64,000 bases of DNA from Eledone cirrhosa. Its lineage: Eukaryota. Both the position numbers and the translations under genes were made by a program. The stretch covers positions 238,142,001-238,206,000 of the forward strand of contig OZ024740.1 of assembly GCA_964016885.1 (NCBI GenBank). Direction: 5' to 3'. Numbering within the stretch: position 1 is the stretch's first letter; each line of letters opens with the position of its first letter. Under the pieces are notes generated by a model that was not told where the DNA came from, made no database searches, and was given only the letters and a program-made list of their open reading frames with translations. Below are positions 24,071 to 37,527 of this stretch, piece after piece.

Positions 24071-27000
24071 TTGCGTTGGTTCGAGAGGGAAGGTATGTGT
24101 TGGCGGTGTTGATGAAGTTAATGGATGTTGAGGTATGGAGTTGTGTCTTGTGGTGGTGGTGGTGGAGTTGTGAGCAACAAAAATATACAGGATCGAATAA
24201 TACGATGGGTTACAGGTTAAAAGGTGACATAGGGAACGCAGGGGGGGGGGGTTATGGACGTATAACGATGTGTGTTGTGGTCATGGTGGTGCTGGTGGTC
24301 CTGAGGTGATATGTTCAACAAAATGATTACATGTTACGGTGGATTACAGGGTAAGGCAGACGGAGGGCGGATATAACACAGTCGATCTTGGAGTGAGGGA
24401 TGATATGTGTTGATGATGTTAATGATGTTAATGATGTTAATGATTGTTGAAGTATGTGGATGTATCTAGTGGTGGCGGTGGTGATGTGTGCGACAGTACA
24501 TTTACAGGGTCGAATTTAGCATGGGGTTGTAGGTTAGGGTAGACAGAGGGAACATGGGGGAAGAAGGTTGCGGGTGTGGATGGTAGACATGTGACGATGT
24601 GTGCTGTGGTGGTGGTGGCGATGGTGTGATATGATCGACATTATATTTACACGATCAGATGTTACTATGGTTTGCAAGGTAAAACCTGACAGAGAGGACA
24701 GATAGAACACAATGTTGCAAGGATGAGGGCTGTATGGCGATGTGATTTTTGGTGGGGGTGATGTATGCGGCATGATATACAAAATACGGGCTTACAAATG
24801 GTTACATGCAATACAATAAAATAAATTCGCTGAGATGGGCGATGGTGAGACGGGGCAGAGGTGGTTATTATTATGCTGGGTCATGGTTAGTGTGCGGCCC
24901 TCCCCCGAATGTTTGTGCGGAAAATGTGTTCAGCCTGGTGTGTCTGCAATTGACAATTATGTCCGACCTATAGTTTATGGCAGATTTTAATTTAATTATT
25001 TCTGCCGCCTCAGCCAGGCATAACCTGCAGTGGTTTCTGTCACTGGGGAGTTGTGTCACGCGTCTTTTCACTGACCACAAGATCTGGGGTTCGATGTTCC
25101 TGTCCTTGAGGTCCCAGATCAAATCGGCCAGTTTGGTTTGGGATCGTTTCAGCCTATGTTTAAAGGAGCTTCTATGGTTATACCAGCGCTCCTTAAACGT
25201 AGTGGATGTCGCACCTATATATGAGTACTCTTTATTGCCGGCTGTGACATCACACCGGTAAACAATGTTTTTAACGAGGCACTCCCCGTTTAGTGGGCAT
25301 TCGGCCCGTTTTTTTTTGCAGTCGTAGTTGGGTGTAACAGGTGTGGTGGCACGTTGGCGGTTGGTGGCATGCGGTATGTATCTGGTACGTAGGTTGTTGT
25401 GTTGTGTTGTGTGTGTGGTTTCGTTCTGGGTTGTGGTGGTGGTTTGTTGTGGGGCAACCATGTGTTTTCGTATTTTTTTCCTATTAGTGTGTGCTATTGT
25501 GTGGCCTAGATTTGGTGCTGTGAAGAAAGAGAATTTTACAGTGTGCTATTGAAGAGCTTGTGGTATTTATGTGTGCGTGGAAAAGATTGTTCGAGAGCCC
25601 TGAAGAAGGTTCCCGGTATATTGGTGGCGACGTGTATAGAATATGGGGCGTTGTACCATGTGACAGGTCTACTTCGGGTTCTGCGGTGTTTAGTGAAGTT
25701 TTTTTAGGTTGGGTGGTAGTTTGGGTGCGTTTTGGTCAGGCGTATGTGTCATAGGGGTTCCAAGTAATCTATTGGCGTTATGTCTTTTGTCTCTATTGCT
25801 ACGCAAACGTGTTCGATAGTCGGAGTCCTTATTGGGGTTGGAGAGTATGGCTTTATCTCTTTGACAGTTGTGTGTGACACTGGCTGCCCTGCCGGCTACG
25901 GAGGGTCTTAGGTTATTATTTGTCCTAGGTGTGTTGACTTCTATGTTCGTTTCTAAGGGTCCGGTTATGTTTAGCGGCGTTACGGTTTTATTTGGGTCGA
26001 TGTAAGAAATCTTCTCAATGTAACCAACGTTTACAAGTGCAGAGTTGTAGTATTCCGCGTGCTGGTTGAAGATATTTCTATTAGCCGACAGGGTGGACAC
26101 TCTATTGGATACGCTTTTAACTATTGAGTTAATTATGCTCCTAGGGTGGTTGGAGTGTCTGTTGACGTATTTAAGATTTTCCTTAGGTTTGTGGAATGGG
26201 TCTTAAAGATGTACCTAAGTCGTTTGTGTAGTCTATCTAATTGGCTATTATTGAGTCCACGGGTCATTAGTAGGGCATCGTCACGGTATAAGCCACCGCC
26301 CAAGGAGGAGATCTCGTCTGTTAATATATTTAGGAGGTATATGCCTACTATATCTGTAACCTGTGCGGAGTCAGTCGATCTCATGGTAATGTCGAAGCTA
26401 TCTGGTCTATTCTGTCGCTCCCACATTCTACCGTCAAATTCTAGTAAAGTTTTCCTAGCTGTTAGTATGATGTCCACTTCCTTTCTAGTGAGGCTTGATC
26501 TGTTCATGGCTGAGATCAGTGCCTTGTTAAGGATGATTGGGGATATAGATGCGTAGTAGTTCGCAATGTCCAATTGGACTAATCGAACATTCGACTTAGT
26601 TTCAATGCCACAAAAGCAGTCGATTACGTCCTTTGTACAAGACCATAGGCTGAGTTTAGTTCTATTTCTAAGTTCAGGTATAATTCGGTCAATGATTGAT
26701 TTGCTAATGTCTACCTTGGTCAGATTTAGACGGGACTATGAGTCTGACCGGTAGTTTTGACTGGAAGTCCGGTTTATGGTCTTTAATAGATAGTCTTGGT
26801 GTCCTAGGATTGTAGGGATGAGTCCTGTCGTCAATACTCAGTTCGGTCATTATTGTTTTCGCCTGTTTGTTTATGTGTGCTAGGTTTTCCCGTGTTGATG
26901 TTTTGTGTATTTTGGCGATTTCGTTTGTAATGCATTTGTTGTAAGTTTTGTACTATGATGGTACTATGATGCCAGGGCTATTCCTGATCTTTTTTACAGT

Positions 27001-27208
27001 AGAGGTGAGCCCAGACAGGAATGCACTTCTGTTAGGGTTTCACGGTGGTTTCCTGAATCTAATGGTCCGGGCCATGGTAATGATCCTGTCCTCAAACTCC
27101 TCTAGGAGTGGGTTGTGTGGTGGGTTTTTCGTCGATTTAAAAAGCTTTTTATGTGGTTGGTGGAATTGTCATAATGAAAGATTAAAGAGTAAAATGATCG
27201 GCTGTACA
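24070..27208 (-). mobile_element. Penelope-like element (RT plus GIY-YIG), frameshifted
   Basis: RT 26133-26573 (DIANYYASI, GGLYRDDAL), thumb 25690-26100, GIY-YIG 24871-25461. Confidence 0.92.
24871..25461 (-). CDS. Penelope GIY-YIG endonuclease domain
   Basis: CPLNGECL...IVYRC...YIGAT...FKERWYNH...CRLCLAE...N.R...CRH. Confidence 0.9.
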   Translation of the reverse strand: MVAPQQTTTTTQNETTHTTQHNNLRTRYIPHATNRQRATTPVTPNYDCKKKRAECPLNGECLVKNIVYRCDVTAGNKEYSYIGATSTTFKERWYNHRSSFKHRLKRSQTKLADLIWDLKDRNIEPQILWSVKRRVTQLPSDRNHCRLCLAEAAEIIKLKSAINYRSDIIVNCRHTRLNTFSAQTFGGGPHTNHDPA

Positions 27209-27363
27209 ACATACATATACATATATATACATATATATATACACATATATATACACATATATATATATACATACATATATATATATATACATATATATAT
27301 ACATACATACATATATATATATATACATACATACATACATACATACATACATACATACATACA

Positions 27364-27394
<31 letters not shown>
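27209..27394. repeat. (TA)/(TACA)n tract between two divergent Penelope elements
   Basis: Directly visible. Confidence 0.95.
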
Positions 27395-27397
<3 letters not shown>

Positions 27398-27840
27398 CAG
27401 TATTTACGTATCGAGAGAGAGAAAAAAAGGGGAGGATAGGTGATACATATAGTTATTTGCCAAGTAGCGTATGCCAAAGGTGCTCGATACTAGTGCCGGC
27501 AGTATTAAATATTCGAAGTGTTAATATTTAGTCGGCTAGAGAGTTAGCAGAGCGTAAGTACGTGGGAAAGTAAGAAATCGGAGAATAGACCGTTAAAAGA
27601 TGTTTTAACGGTCTATTCTCCGATTTCTTACTTTCCCACGTACTTACGCTCTGCTAACTCTCTAGCCCACTAAATATTAACACTTCGAATATTTAATACT
27701 GCCGGCACTAGTATCGAGCACCTTTGGCATACGCTACTTGGCAAATAACTATATGTATCACCTATCCTCCCCTTTTTTTCTCTCTCTCGATACGTAAATA
27801 CTGTATTACCGTGCTCCTTTTGTAGAGCATCTCACCTTCT

Positions 27841-30588
27841 TTGCCATTATGTTGGAGAACCAGCCGTTACCCATGTCTCTCAAGTGTATCCCCTTTACCC
27901 AGCAGAAAAACCTACCTTAAACTGCTTATAGACGCTACTAATTCGTTTACACGGAGAGTCAGATGGAAGGCCTACCACCTGGATAAGAACACCCGTAACC
28001 TTCCTGAACCCAAAGAGAGGTATGGCTTCAAAACATACCGAAACCCACCGCACAACACCTTACTGGACTCCTTTGAAGAGGACCTGCTGAAAATGATCAA
28101 AAACGTTAAGTTCAGAAAGAAACACCAATGCAGCAATCCATTCTTAAGGTCCCTTGATACACTAATAACTAAGATCAAGAATGACCCGCACCTCTTCGTC
28201 ACCTCCGACAAAACCAAAAAAGCTGTACAAGATGGACGCGAGTAAGTATAAAAAATTCATCTATAAGGAACTACACAAAGACTACAAAAAGACACCCTCT
28301 AGTACCCTAAATGACATAAATAGAGTAGGGAAGGATATAGTCACCAGCTTAGAAATAGAAAAGTACACTAACCCGTACGTCCCTCTGACGCCTAAATTCT
28401 CTCTTAAGGATCACAAATATGACTTTAATGAAATCCTCTCTATTAGACTAATATGCCCCTCTACATCAGATATAGGTAAGATTAGTAAAGTGATCCTCGA
28501 CAGAGTACTACTTGAGCTTAATAGAAAGGCTAAGGTCTGCCTCTGGGGCAACACCGACCAGGTCATAAATTGGTTCACCGAGTTGCCGGATAAAGCCACC
28601 CTGAAGTTCATCCAGTTTGATATAGATAGTTACTACGCCTCTATCTCCCCCATACTCTTAAATAAGGCACTTGTCTTAGCTAAATCTAACACTAGCCTCA
28701 CTAAAAAAGAAATAGACATAATTCTAGCGGCGCGTAGAACCATTATCCAGTTCGAAGGCTCCCACTGGACCAGAACCAACCGTCCTGATAACTTCGATGT
28801 CACGATGGGGTCCAGTGACTCAGCGCAAGCAACTGATCTGGTCGGGATATACCTCCTACATAAGCTTAGGGAAGAGATACCGGCCCTACAAGGAGGTGTA
28901 TATAGGGACGACGCCCTGTTTACCGTTAGGAACCATAGCCCCCGTAGGATAGAGAACCTTAACAAACATATACACAGGTTCTTCAAGTCATACGGCCTGT
29001 CCGTAACTATGGACCTCAACCACAGGGTTGTCAACTTCTTGGACGTGACCCTCGAGTAGAGTACGGGCTTATACAAGCCATACCATAAGCCTGGAGAGTG
29101 CCTCTCTTATATTAATTATGCCTCCAACCACCCTAAGCAGACTCTCAACTCCATAGTCTATAGTATCTCACATAGAATCTCGAGGCTATCCGCCAATGAG
29201 GATATCTTCAACCAAGCGGCAGATTACTACAATAGGGCCTTGATAAGCGCCGGCTTTAACCGAGGAATTTCCTACATCCCTAACGCTAGCTCTAGAAACC
29301 AGCCCCCTCATAAAACGAACGTTATAGTAAGCCATACCTATAACCGATCACGCGGCGACCTCGTTGAAGTCGGATATAATAGAATAGATAACCGCACTAA
29401 ATATCACGACCCCGGCGACGGTGACCACTGTAGATTACTCGAACTATTCCCCTATTACAAAACCAACAAAGGCGACGGCCTACTACCAACGCCTTCCAAC
29501 AAACATCTTCCTGTACATAAACATGGAAGAGGTAGGAAGAGTGCACCCGAGCATAAAATGAAAGGGGCACCGAACGGGCGACTGCGCATTAACACACATA
29601 AGAGCGGTCACCTAGATGGAACCACCCGTAGCAAAAGTACAAGGACACGTAATCGCCACCGTAACGTCCTATGGTCCCCCCCCCCTACTCTCGGAGTGTG
29701 GCCTCCAACATACCCCGGATGTTCTTCGAAGCCTTAGAGAAGAACTTCCCGCCCAACCATAGGTATAGAAAAATTCTTAATAGGAACAATATAAAATATC
29801 CTTCTCTACTACTCCTAACCTAGCAGACATCATAGGAACAACGAACCACAGTAAGATCACCAAGATGTGTCTTGGTGATCCTCGACACAGACGCACCTAC
29901 ACCTGACAATAACTATATCGGCCTTAACAACTCTCTGGCAGCATCCAATAGTGTTGGCAACGGCATCCGCAGACGCAACCAGCATAACCGCGAAATGACT
30001 GGGGAACATGCAGGACATGACGTGCGGAATAACAATCGCACCACCCCGCGTGCTGTGGGTTGTAATGGTGCTAACGACAGCTGCGGTAGCGTAGGTAACA
30101 ACGTAGGCAGCAACAATGATAGCCTTACCGTGGGAAATAGACGGAACCGCGACAGAAATTGCAACTGCCGCGACAGAGGATGCTGCCCCCTTAGAGGATA
30201 CTGCTTGACTGATAGGGTTATATATAGATGCACTATTACTAGCCACAATAGCGTTAAACATTATATAGGGGCTACCTCCGGCCCGTTCAAAATTAGGTTT
30301 CGAACACATCTCCATTCTTTCACAAATAGAAAACTAAGGCACTCCACTTCGCTCGCGGACTACATCACATCACTAAAGGACTTAAACATCAGCTTCTCCA
30401 CGCACTGGGAGATTGTCGGCAGGGCTGCACCGTACAACTTCAAGAGGAAAGGCGATCTTTGCCTCATGGAGCTCTACCACATCATAACTGCACCCCACGA
30501 GCTCATCAACAGCAGAGCTGAAACAGCGATAGGTTGTACACATCGCTTAAAAATATCCTTCTTCAGATGGGTTAAGGATGAGGAGTGA
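27841..30588 (+). pseudogene. Penelope polyprotein (RT plus GIY-YIG) with frameshifts and a stop
   Basis: SDKT, FIQFDIDSYY, DVTMGS, GVYRDD, VNFLDV, SNHP, CNC...CPL.GYCL, VIYRC...YIGAT. Confidence 0.92.
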
Positions 30589-30972
30589 AACCGTGCACCG
30601 GATCTCCCTGCAACAAGTCTTAACACCCCGGCGGGCAGGCGCTGCAAAATAACACCCAGGAAACAATCCTTGCATACCAGACCCAGCCTCAAACGACTCA
30701 AACAAACAGATGCGGCAAAAAAAACTCTCAAAATAAGCGTTGATTACATGCATATCGACAATGGTAAGGTTGTAACCTCATCTCGTAGCAGATGAAAAAA
30801 AAAAAAATTTGTCCGGGAAAGACTGCCCTAACACCGGCCAGAGTTACCTCCCTTGACCTGCTGCAAAATCAAAACAAGCTATTTTTGCGGCAATGAACCT
30901 TGACGTGGATTTAACCCAAAAAACTCTTTCCGAGCAATGTAAGCAATGTAAGGAACACTTTTGATTATTTAT

Positions 30973-31012
30973 GCCCTTGAGAAGCCCAACTGAGCGAAAC
31001 GTACGTAGGTGC
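30973..31012 (+). ncRNA. Minimal hammerhead ribozyme, U3-A8 variant
   Basis: gccc-TTGAGAA-gccc(aact)gagc-GAAA-cgtac-GTA-ggtgc; palindromic ACGTACGT stem III. Confidence 0.72.
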
Positions 31013-31065
31013 TGTTTAAATAAACATGTTTTAACGGTCTATTCTCCGATTTCCTACTTTCCCAC

Positions 31066-31124
<59 letters not shown>

Positions 31125-31809
31125 CAAGACACGGTCACCTGACCTGGACGTAAAACAGTGATGATGATGATTATATATACACACACAGAGAATAATCTAT
31201 ATATTTACCACTATCTTATAATCTACAAACATTGTATGATGCTTGATATTATCTATAATACATAAAACATCAAGACACAGTCACACAACTTACATAACAT
31301 GCTGATAGTGACATGTGTGGTCAAAGATTATAATTGTATTGCTCAAAGATTATAAAATTACTTGTCAATGATAATAATCTACTAGGCATTGATAACATAT
31401 TTCTTTGGTCTTGAAATAGAAAATACAGATTCCTGTGCAATGCAATCTAGCAGACCAGAAAGTAAATTATTGTCAGATAATGAAACTATAGCTTTTCTAA
31501 AGGTTATTCACAGCAATTGACAGTTATGTCATTGAAGATAACAGTATCATGATCACAAACAATGGCAATGATACTAGCACTCAGCATAATAGAATATTCA
31601 ATAGAAGTTAACTAAAGGTAAATAGACAATGAAGATAAAGATGATTACAAATGAACTGTCCAGAGTAATTTCTTTGCATTCAGTGAGAATGAAAGAAAAT
31701 CTCTACAGAGATTTAGAAAGATATTTATTTGATAAAGTGAGGCAATAAAATGTTTATAGTTTTGATCTAGTTTAAAGGGTGGTGAAATGTTAAACCTTTA
31801 ACCTGCTCT

Positions 31810-32645
31810 GCTAATGATACTGAGATCACTTATCACACTGTATTTGCATATTCATGATGTTGCAGTATCATAAGCATATGATAGTGTGTTTTAAGCTAAC
31901 GATACTATATCAAAAGTTTATAATACTGCCTTATAAGTTCATGGCACTGTATGATAAGTGAATGATACTGTGTCAAAAGTTTATAATATTGATTCATAAG
32001 CTTATGATACTGTGTCATATGTATATAATAGACTTATGTTATAGAATCATAAGCTTATGATATAGTATAACTTGCAATACTCTTGATATGATATCTATGC
32101 TATCTATGGTATTTGTGGGTGAAAGTACATGGCTTATTGGTTAGGGTTTTTGGTGCATGATCATAAGGGTGTGGGTTTGATTCTCCGTGGCATGTTGTGT
32201 CTTTGAGCAAGACATTTTATCTCATGTTGACCCCGTCCACTCAACTGACAAAAATGAGTTGCACCTGCACTTCAAACAGCCTGGTTTGTGGAATGCATCG
32301 CTTCTTGCAAGTTAATTTCATAAACAGGCTGTTCCATTGTTGAAATAACTGAATCCCTCATAGTTTGACCTGATGGAGGGCCAACAAAAACAACACAATA
32401 TGATATCTATGATATCTAGAATATTGTATAATAAATTTATATGAAAACATATACAATTTTTTCTTTCATAGTTAGGCTTTTGTGTGTTTATTGTACATAA
32501 ACATATTATATATGTTTTCATATTCACCCCTACTATGACCAATGCTATGTTAGTGCTACCACTAATGTTAAATATAAACTACAATGTCATAAGTTTATGA
32601 TACAGTATTGTAAGTGTATGATGTTATCATAAGCTTATGATACAT
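31810..32645. repeat. Old degenerate 21-bp minisatellite, interrupted
   Basis: Variants of cataagcttatgatactgtgt at 21-bp period over about 31868-32070, resuming about 32588-32645. Confidence 0.65.
32118..32262 (+). mobile_element. tRNA-headed SINE fragment
   Basis: Head like families at 2557 and 2858: gggtttgattc, gttgtgtctttgagcaagaca. Confidence 0.65.
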
Positions 32646-32758
32646 TTATGTAGATGAATGCATAATTAATGATTAACACTTTTAAAGAATACAAATGAAT
32701 ATTCAGACATGTGATAAAAGAAAAATACTATTGATTGATGACTAGCATATATTTATTG

Positions 32759-33838
32759 AGCAATTTGCTGGTTATAGATTGTGAGTTGGAGATTGGCATT
32801 GTTTTTATCAGTTGACATACACCTTGTTTTGGAGATGTTGATGTGTAAGCCAGCCTCCAGAAAGTCTTGCAGATCAGTTCTAGAGTAACTCATGATGGCC
32901 AGATCATCTGCATAGCTAATATTTGATAGGATTTTACCTCCTATTTGATAGCCAGAGGAGCATTCTTCTTCAATTTGGTAGATAAGTGCAGCTATAACTA
33001 TACAGAAAAGAAGTGCTGACAGTACACCCCTCTGCTTAACTCCCTTCAAGATGTCTACACAGCATGTAGTTCCCAAATCTGTTTTGATATATGCTGTTGA
33101 GTTGGTGTAAGTTTCTTTCAGTAGGTTGATGTATTTTTTGTTAATTGAGGTCTTGTTTAAGCGTTGCCACAAGCTGGCTAGTTTCGCGTTGTCAAAAGCT
33201 TTTGTGAAGGCAATGAAGGTGCACAGGGTTGTTGAATTCCATTGATTTCTTAATGATTTGTTCACAAACTATCATCAAACAAAAATGGAATGGTTGCTGC
33301 ACAGTATCGCATTGCTCTAGGTTGGGCAGCTTTCAACAAGACCAAGGAAGTACTAACATCAAAACGAGTTTCCTATCATTTAAAGGCTAAGATCTTTGAT
33401 ACTTACATCCTACCAGTTGTGTTATATGGTCTTGACTGTGTTAATTGGACGACAAGGTCACTTCAGAAGCTCTCTACATTCCAGAACCACATCATGAGAC
33501 TTATGACTGGCAAGCGGCTCAGCAACCGTATCTGTATCAGTGAGCTGCTCAACATTACCAGACTTAGACCAATTACATCAATTGTCAAGTCAAGAGTACT
33601 CAAACTATACGGTTATATAAAAAGATCAACTCGTGGTGTGAGTAGGTAATGCCTGGAAAGCGGATTGGTTGGTAAGAGAAGCAGAGGCTGGCTGCCAAAA
33701 CGATGGCTTGATAATGTCAACTTATGGACTGGACTTGATCTTTGCTCTTTAAACTCTGCTGTTGTTGATCGAATTTTGTGGGGGAAAATATCTCATGTTG
33801 ATGTGCAGTCTGCAACTGGCAAAGTTTAGCATCAAAGT
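32759..33838 (+). mobile_element. RTE-like LINE with 5' inversion
   Basis: RT (GVKQRG, SYADD) on minus 32759-33262; downstream LYGLDC region on plus 33265-33838; TSD atatatttattg 32747-32758 / 33839-33850. Confidence 0.88.
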
Positions 33839-34332
33839 ATATATTTATTGTAGTAAACAACATAAATGAAGTACTTGAATATTCTCCCATTAGCTAATGT
33901 AATCTTAGACATATTTTGTTTAAAAGCAAGAAATAGGATGGTCTGGACTGAAATGTTTTTGGTTTCAAGTCTGCTCCCTTAGGGCTGGCTTACAGTCATG
34001 ACTTGATTAACTATTAAGAAAATAAGTACATGTTTAGGGCATCAAGGGAAGAAAGGCACCATATTGTTTAAATTAAATATACTTGTCATTCTAAAAAGAT
34101 ATTTTGCAGACTACATATATGGAGAGAAGCAGTAAATTGAGTTGTTAGAACATCGGATAGAATGCTTTGCAGTATTCGTTCTGACTCTCTGCTCTCTGAG
34201 TTCAAATTCTACTGAGGTTAACATTGCCTTTCATCCTTTTGAGGTTGAAAAAAAAAATACCAGTTTAGTACTGAGGTTGATTCTTCATCTATTTCTCTTT
34301 CTCAATTCCATTCTCTTACTCTCTCTCTCTCT

Positions 34333-34800
34333 CTATTTACATATATAAAAATTCTCTGTCTGTCTGTCTTTTCTTTATGCATTCTCAAACAGCTTGACCA
34401 AATCAAATCAAATTTTACAAGGTATGTGAGAGTGAATGTGTGTGAGTTAATTTACACTATATACAAAAATAGAGATTAATATATATTTATTTTGGATGTT
34501 GATACTTATTTGTTTACAATATTGAAAAAAAAATGTCTTTATTCCAAAAGTTCCTCTTATACCTACAGCTGTTCCATTTGAATTTAAAAGGCTTCAGTTT
34601 CAAGTCAAACTAAGTTTTGTTATTTCAATTAACAAATCTCAGGGTCAATCCCTCAAGGTAGTTAGACTTGATCTCTCTACTATTTGTTTCTCTCACAGTC
34701 AACTCTGTGTTGGTTGCTAATGAGTTGGAAGCAGCAACAATTTATTCATTTGCACACTAACAAAAAATTACACAGTAAATATTGTTTACCCTGGGGTGTT
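34333..34800 (+). mobile_element. Internally deleted Helitron remnant
   Basis: PLIPTAVPFEFKRLQFQVKLSFVISINKSQGQSL (Pif1-type helicase C-terminal motif) at about 34553-34660; 5' tctat...ctgtctgtctgtc. Confidence 0.78.
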
Positions 34801-34946
34801 TCAAGATTGACAGATTTTCATTTCTAAACTCTAATATCATTACAATTGTGATATATTGTTTTTATTAGATATAGATATTTTGAAATAAGTATGAGAAAAA
34901 AAAATATCTTCATATTTATTGTTTACTAATCTGAATAAGAAGAGCA

Positions 34947-34994
<48 letters not shown>

Positions 34995-34996
<2 letters not shown>

Positions 34997-35850
34997 TCAT
35001 CATCATCATCATCATCATCACCGTTTTACGTCCGTTCTTCCACGCTAGCATGGATTAGACAGGTTGTCCTGTTGTGGGCAGTGCCTGGTCGGCTGACCAT
35101 GGCTTGCTCATACAGGAACTGATTTGGCTTGATTTCTACAGCTGGATGCCCTTCCTAACACCAACCTCATTTACAGTGAGTGCTGGGTGCTTTTTTGTGG
35201 CGCCTACACGTCCACTTTACAGTGTGGGCTGGGTGCTTTTTTGCTGTGGCACCTCCACGACCACCTTGCGGTGGAGGGTGTGGGGGCATATTGTCTATAT
35301 GCTTCAGCTTGTACCCATGGGAGGTCGGGTACTCTGTATTACTGCGTGACGCCAGAGGTCACGGTCGTGTGGGTAAGGTCGGCTTTTATCACCTCATCCC
35401 AGGTCTTCTTGGGTCTCCCCACTCTGCGGTTTCTATCGACTTCTAGTGCTCTGCACCTTTTTATGCAGCTGTCATCCTTCATACGCATCACATGTCCATA
35501 GCAGCGCAACCGCCTCCCTAAACTTCTTCCATCCCGTTCTTACCCTAGTTATTGTACTTTCTGAACACCCACCTCCGCTGCTAATTCGGTCACCTAGGTA
35601 GCAGAAGCTGTCTAGTGTTTCTACAGAGCCCTCCCAGAGATTGGTGGTACTTGTTTCCTGTGGCTGTTTGCTGCTTGCTCTCCCAGCACAGCTGCTGCAT
35701 GTGAAGCCTACATTCTTAATTAAGCTTCCTGAGATCTCGCTACATCTCTTGTGTACCCATTGTTTGCATTTGGGGCAGAGAATGGAGTTCCTACCTACAC
35801 CTTTCCTACATACTGAGCAAGGCCATTTCCCTGAGGGCATCTGGGTTCTG
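34995..35850 (-). mobile_element. RTE 3' fragment with PHD-like finger and internal deletion
   Basis: CSVCRKGVGRNSILCPKCKQWVHKRC...CSSC, FCYLGD, GWKKFRE joined directly to YGHVMR; (GAT)n tail. Confidence 0.88.
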
Positions 35851-35867
35851 TTTTATATATATATATA

Positions 35868-36408
35868 AGAAAAATGGTGTGCTGCGTGGTTGCACATGGG
35901 TTACATATGAATAAAATTAGTCCTTCATCAGTGATCTTCCAACCTTCATTGGTATTTCATCGCTTTAAAAATCATATACCTCTGGTTGGTGCGAGCAATA
36001 ACTAAATAAAGTTATTGGGACAAGTAAAATAGCGTGAAGCGAGCAAGACATGTAAACAAACATTGATGGTATTGTAACGGAAAGATAGAAAGAGACAAGT
36101 ACATGATATCTGTAAGCTTAAGCTTGGTGAATTCATGGACGAGAGATACAGACCATCCGACATGGGTGAGATGTGAGCGAGAAAAGGATTTCACACAGGT
36201 CAAACTGGAGGAAGTGAGAGAGGGAGAAAAGCAGAGAGTGAGTGAGTGGAAGTGTGAGGAAGAGGCCAGCCGAGAGAGAGTGTGACTGGCAGAGGGGGTA
36301 AAAAGAAGGTGAGAGATACAGAGAGGGGGGCAACCAGAGGTATATGATTTTTAAAGTGATGAAATACCAATGAAGGTTGGAAGATCACTGATGAAGGACT
36401 AATTTTAT
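35868..36408. mobile_element. Non-coding TA-flanked element with 78-bp inverted repeat
   Basis: 35911-35988 / 36331-36408 inverted, one mismatch; contains ctgatgaagg. Confidence 0.6.
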
Positions 36409-36459
36409 ATATATATATATTTATATATATATATATATATATATACAGTATATATATAT

Positions 36460-37216
<757 letters not shown>

Positions 37217-37240
37217 TATATATATATATATATATATCAT

Positions 37241-37283
<43 letters not shown>

Positions 37284-37291
<8 letters not shown>

Positions 37292-37515
37292 TAACAGATT
37301 AAAGTTTAAGCAAAGAATCGCTGCTTTCACCCTTAACGGGATCTTCTGAAACTGTTTCAGAAGATCCCATTAAGGGTGAAAGCAGCGATTCTTTGCTTAA
37401 ACTTTAATCTGTTATTTTAATAAATATTTGCTCTACGGTTCTTATATATTTGATATATATTTATCCTTATCGAGCCCTCTTTAGATTTTAGTCTTCAAAT
37501 TTATTATTATTACTA
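37284..37515 (+). mobile_element. pLTR remnant with 69-bp-arm palindrome
   Basis: Arms 37284-37352 / 37354-37422; cagaaga-tccc(attaa)ggg-tGAAA hammerhead-like; inverted sibling at 42376-42578. Confidence 0.7.
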
Positions 37516-37527
37516 TATATATATATA

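Larger units (their letters stand above)
27395..31068 (+). mobile_element. Near full-length Penelope-like element with 5' palindrome and 3' pLTR
   Basis: 204-bp arms 27395-27598 / 27603-27806; ORF pieces 27841-28245, 28181-29059, 29872-30588; 31027-31068 repeats 27600-27642. Confidence 0.94.

Noticed and set aside
31380-31760. Coding-like composition
   Set aside because: Multiple stops and no recognisable motif; cannot be assigned.
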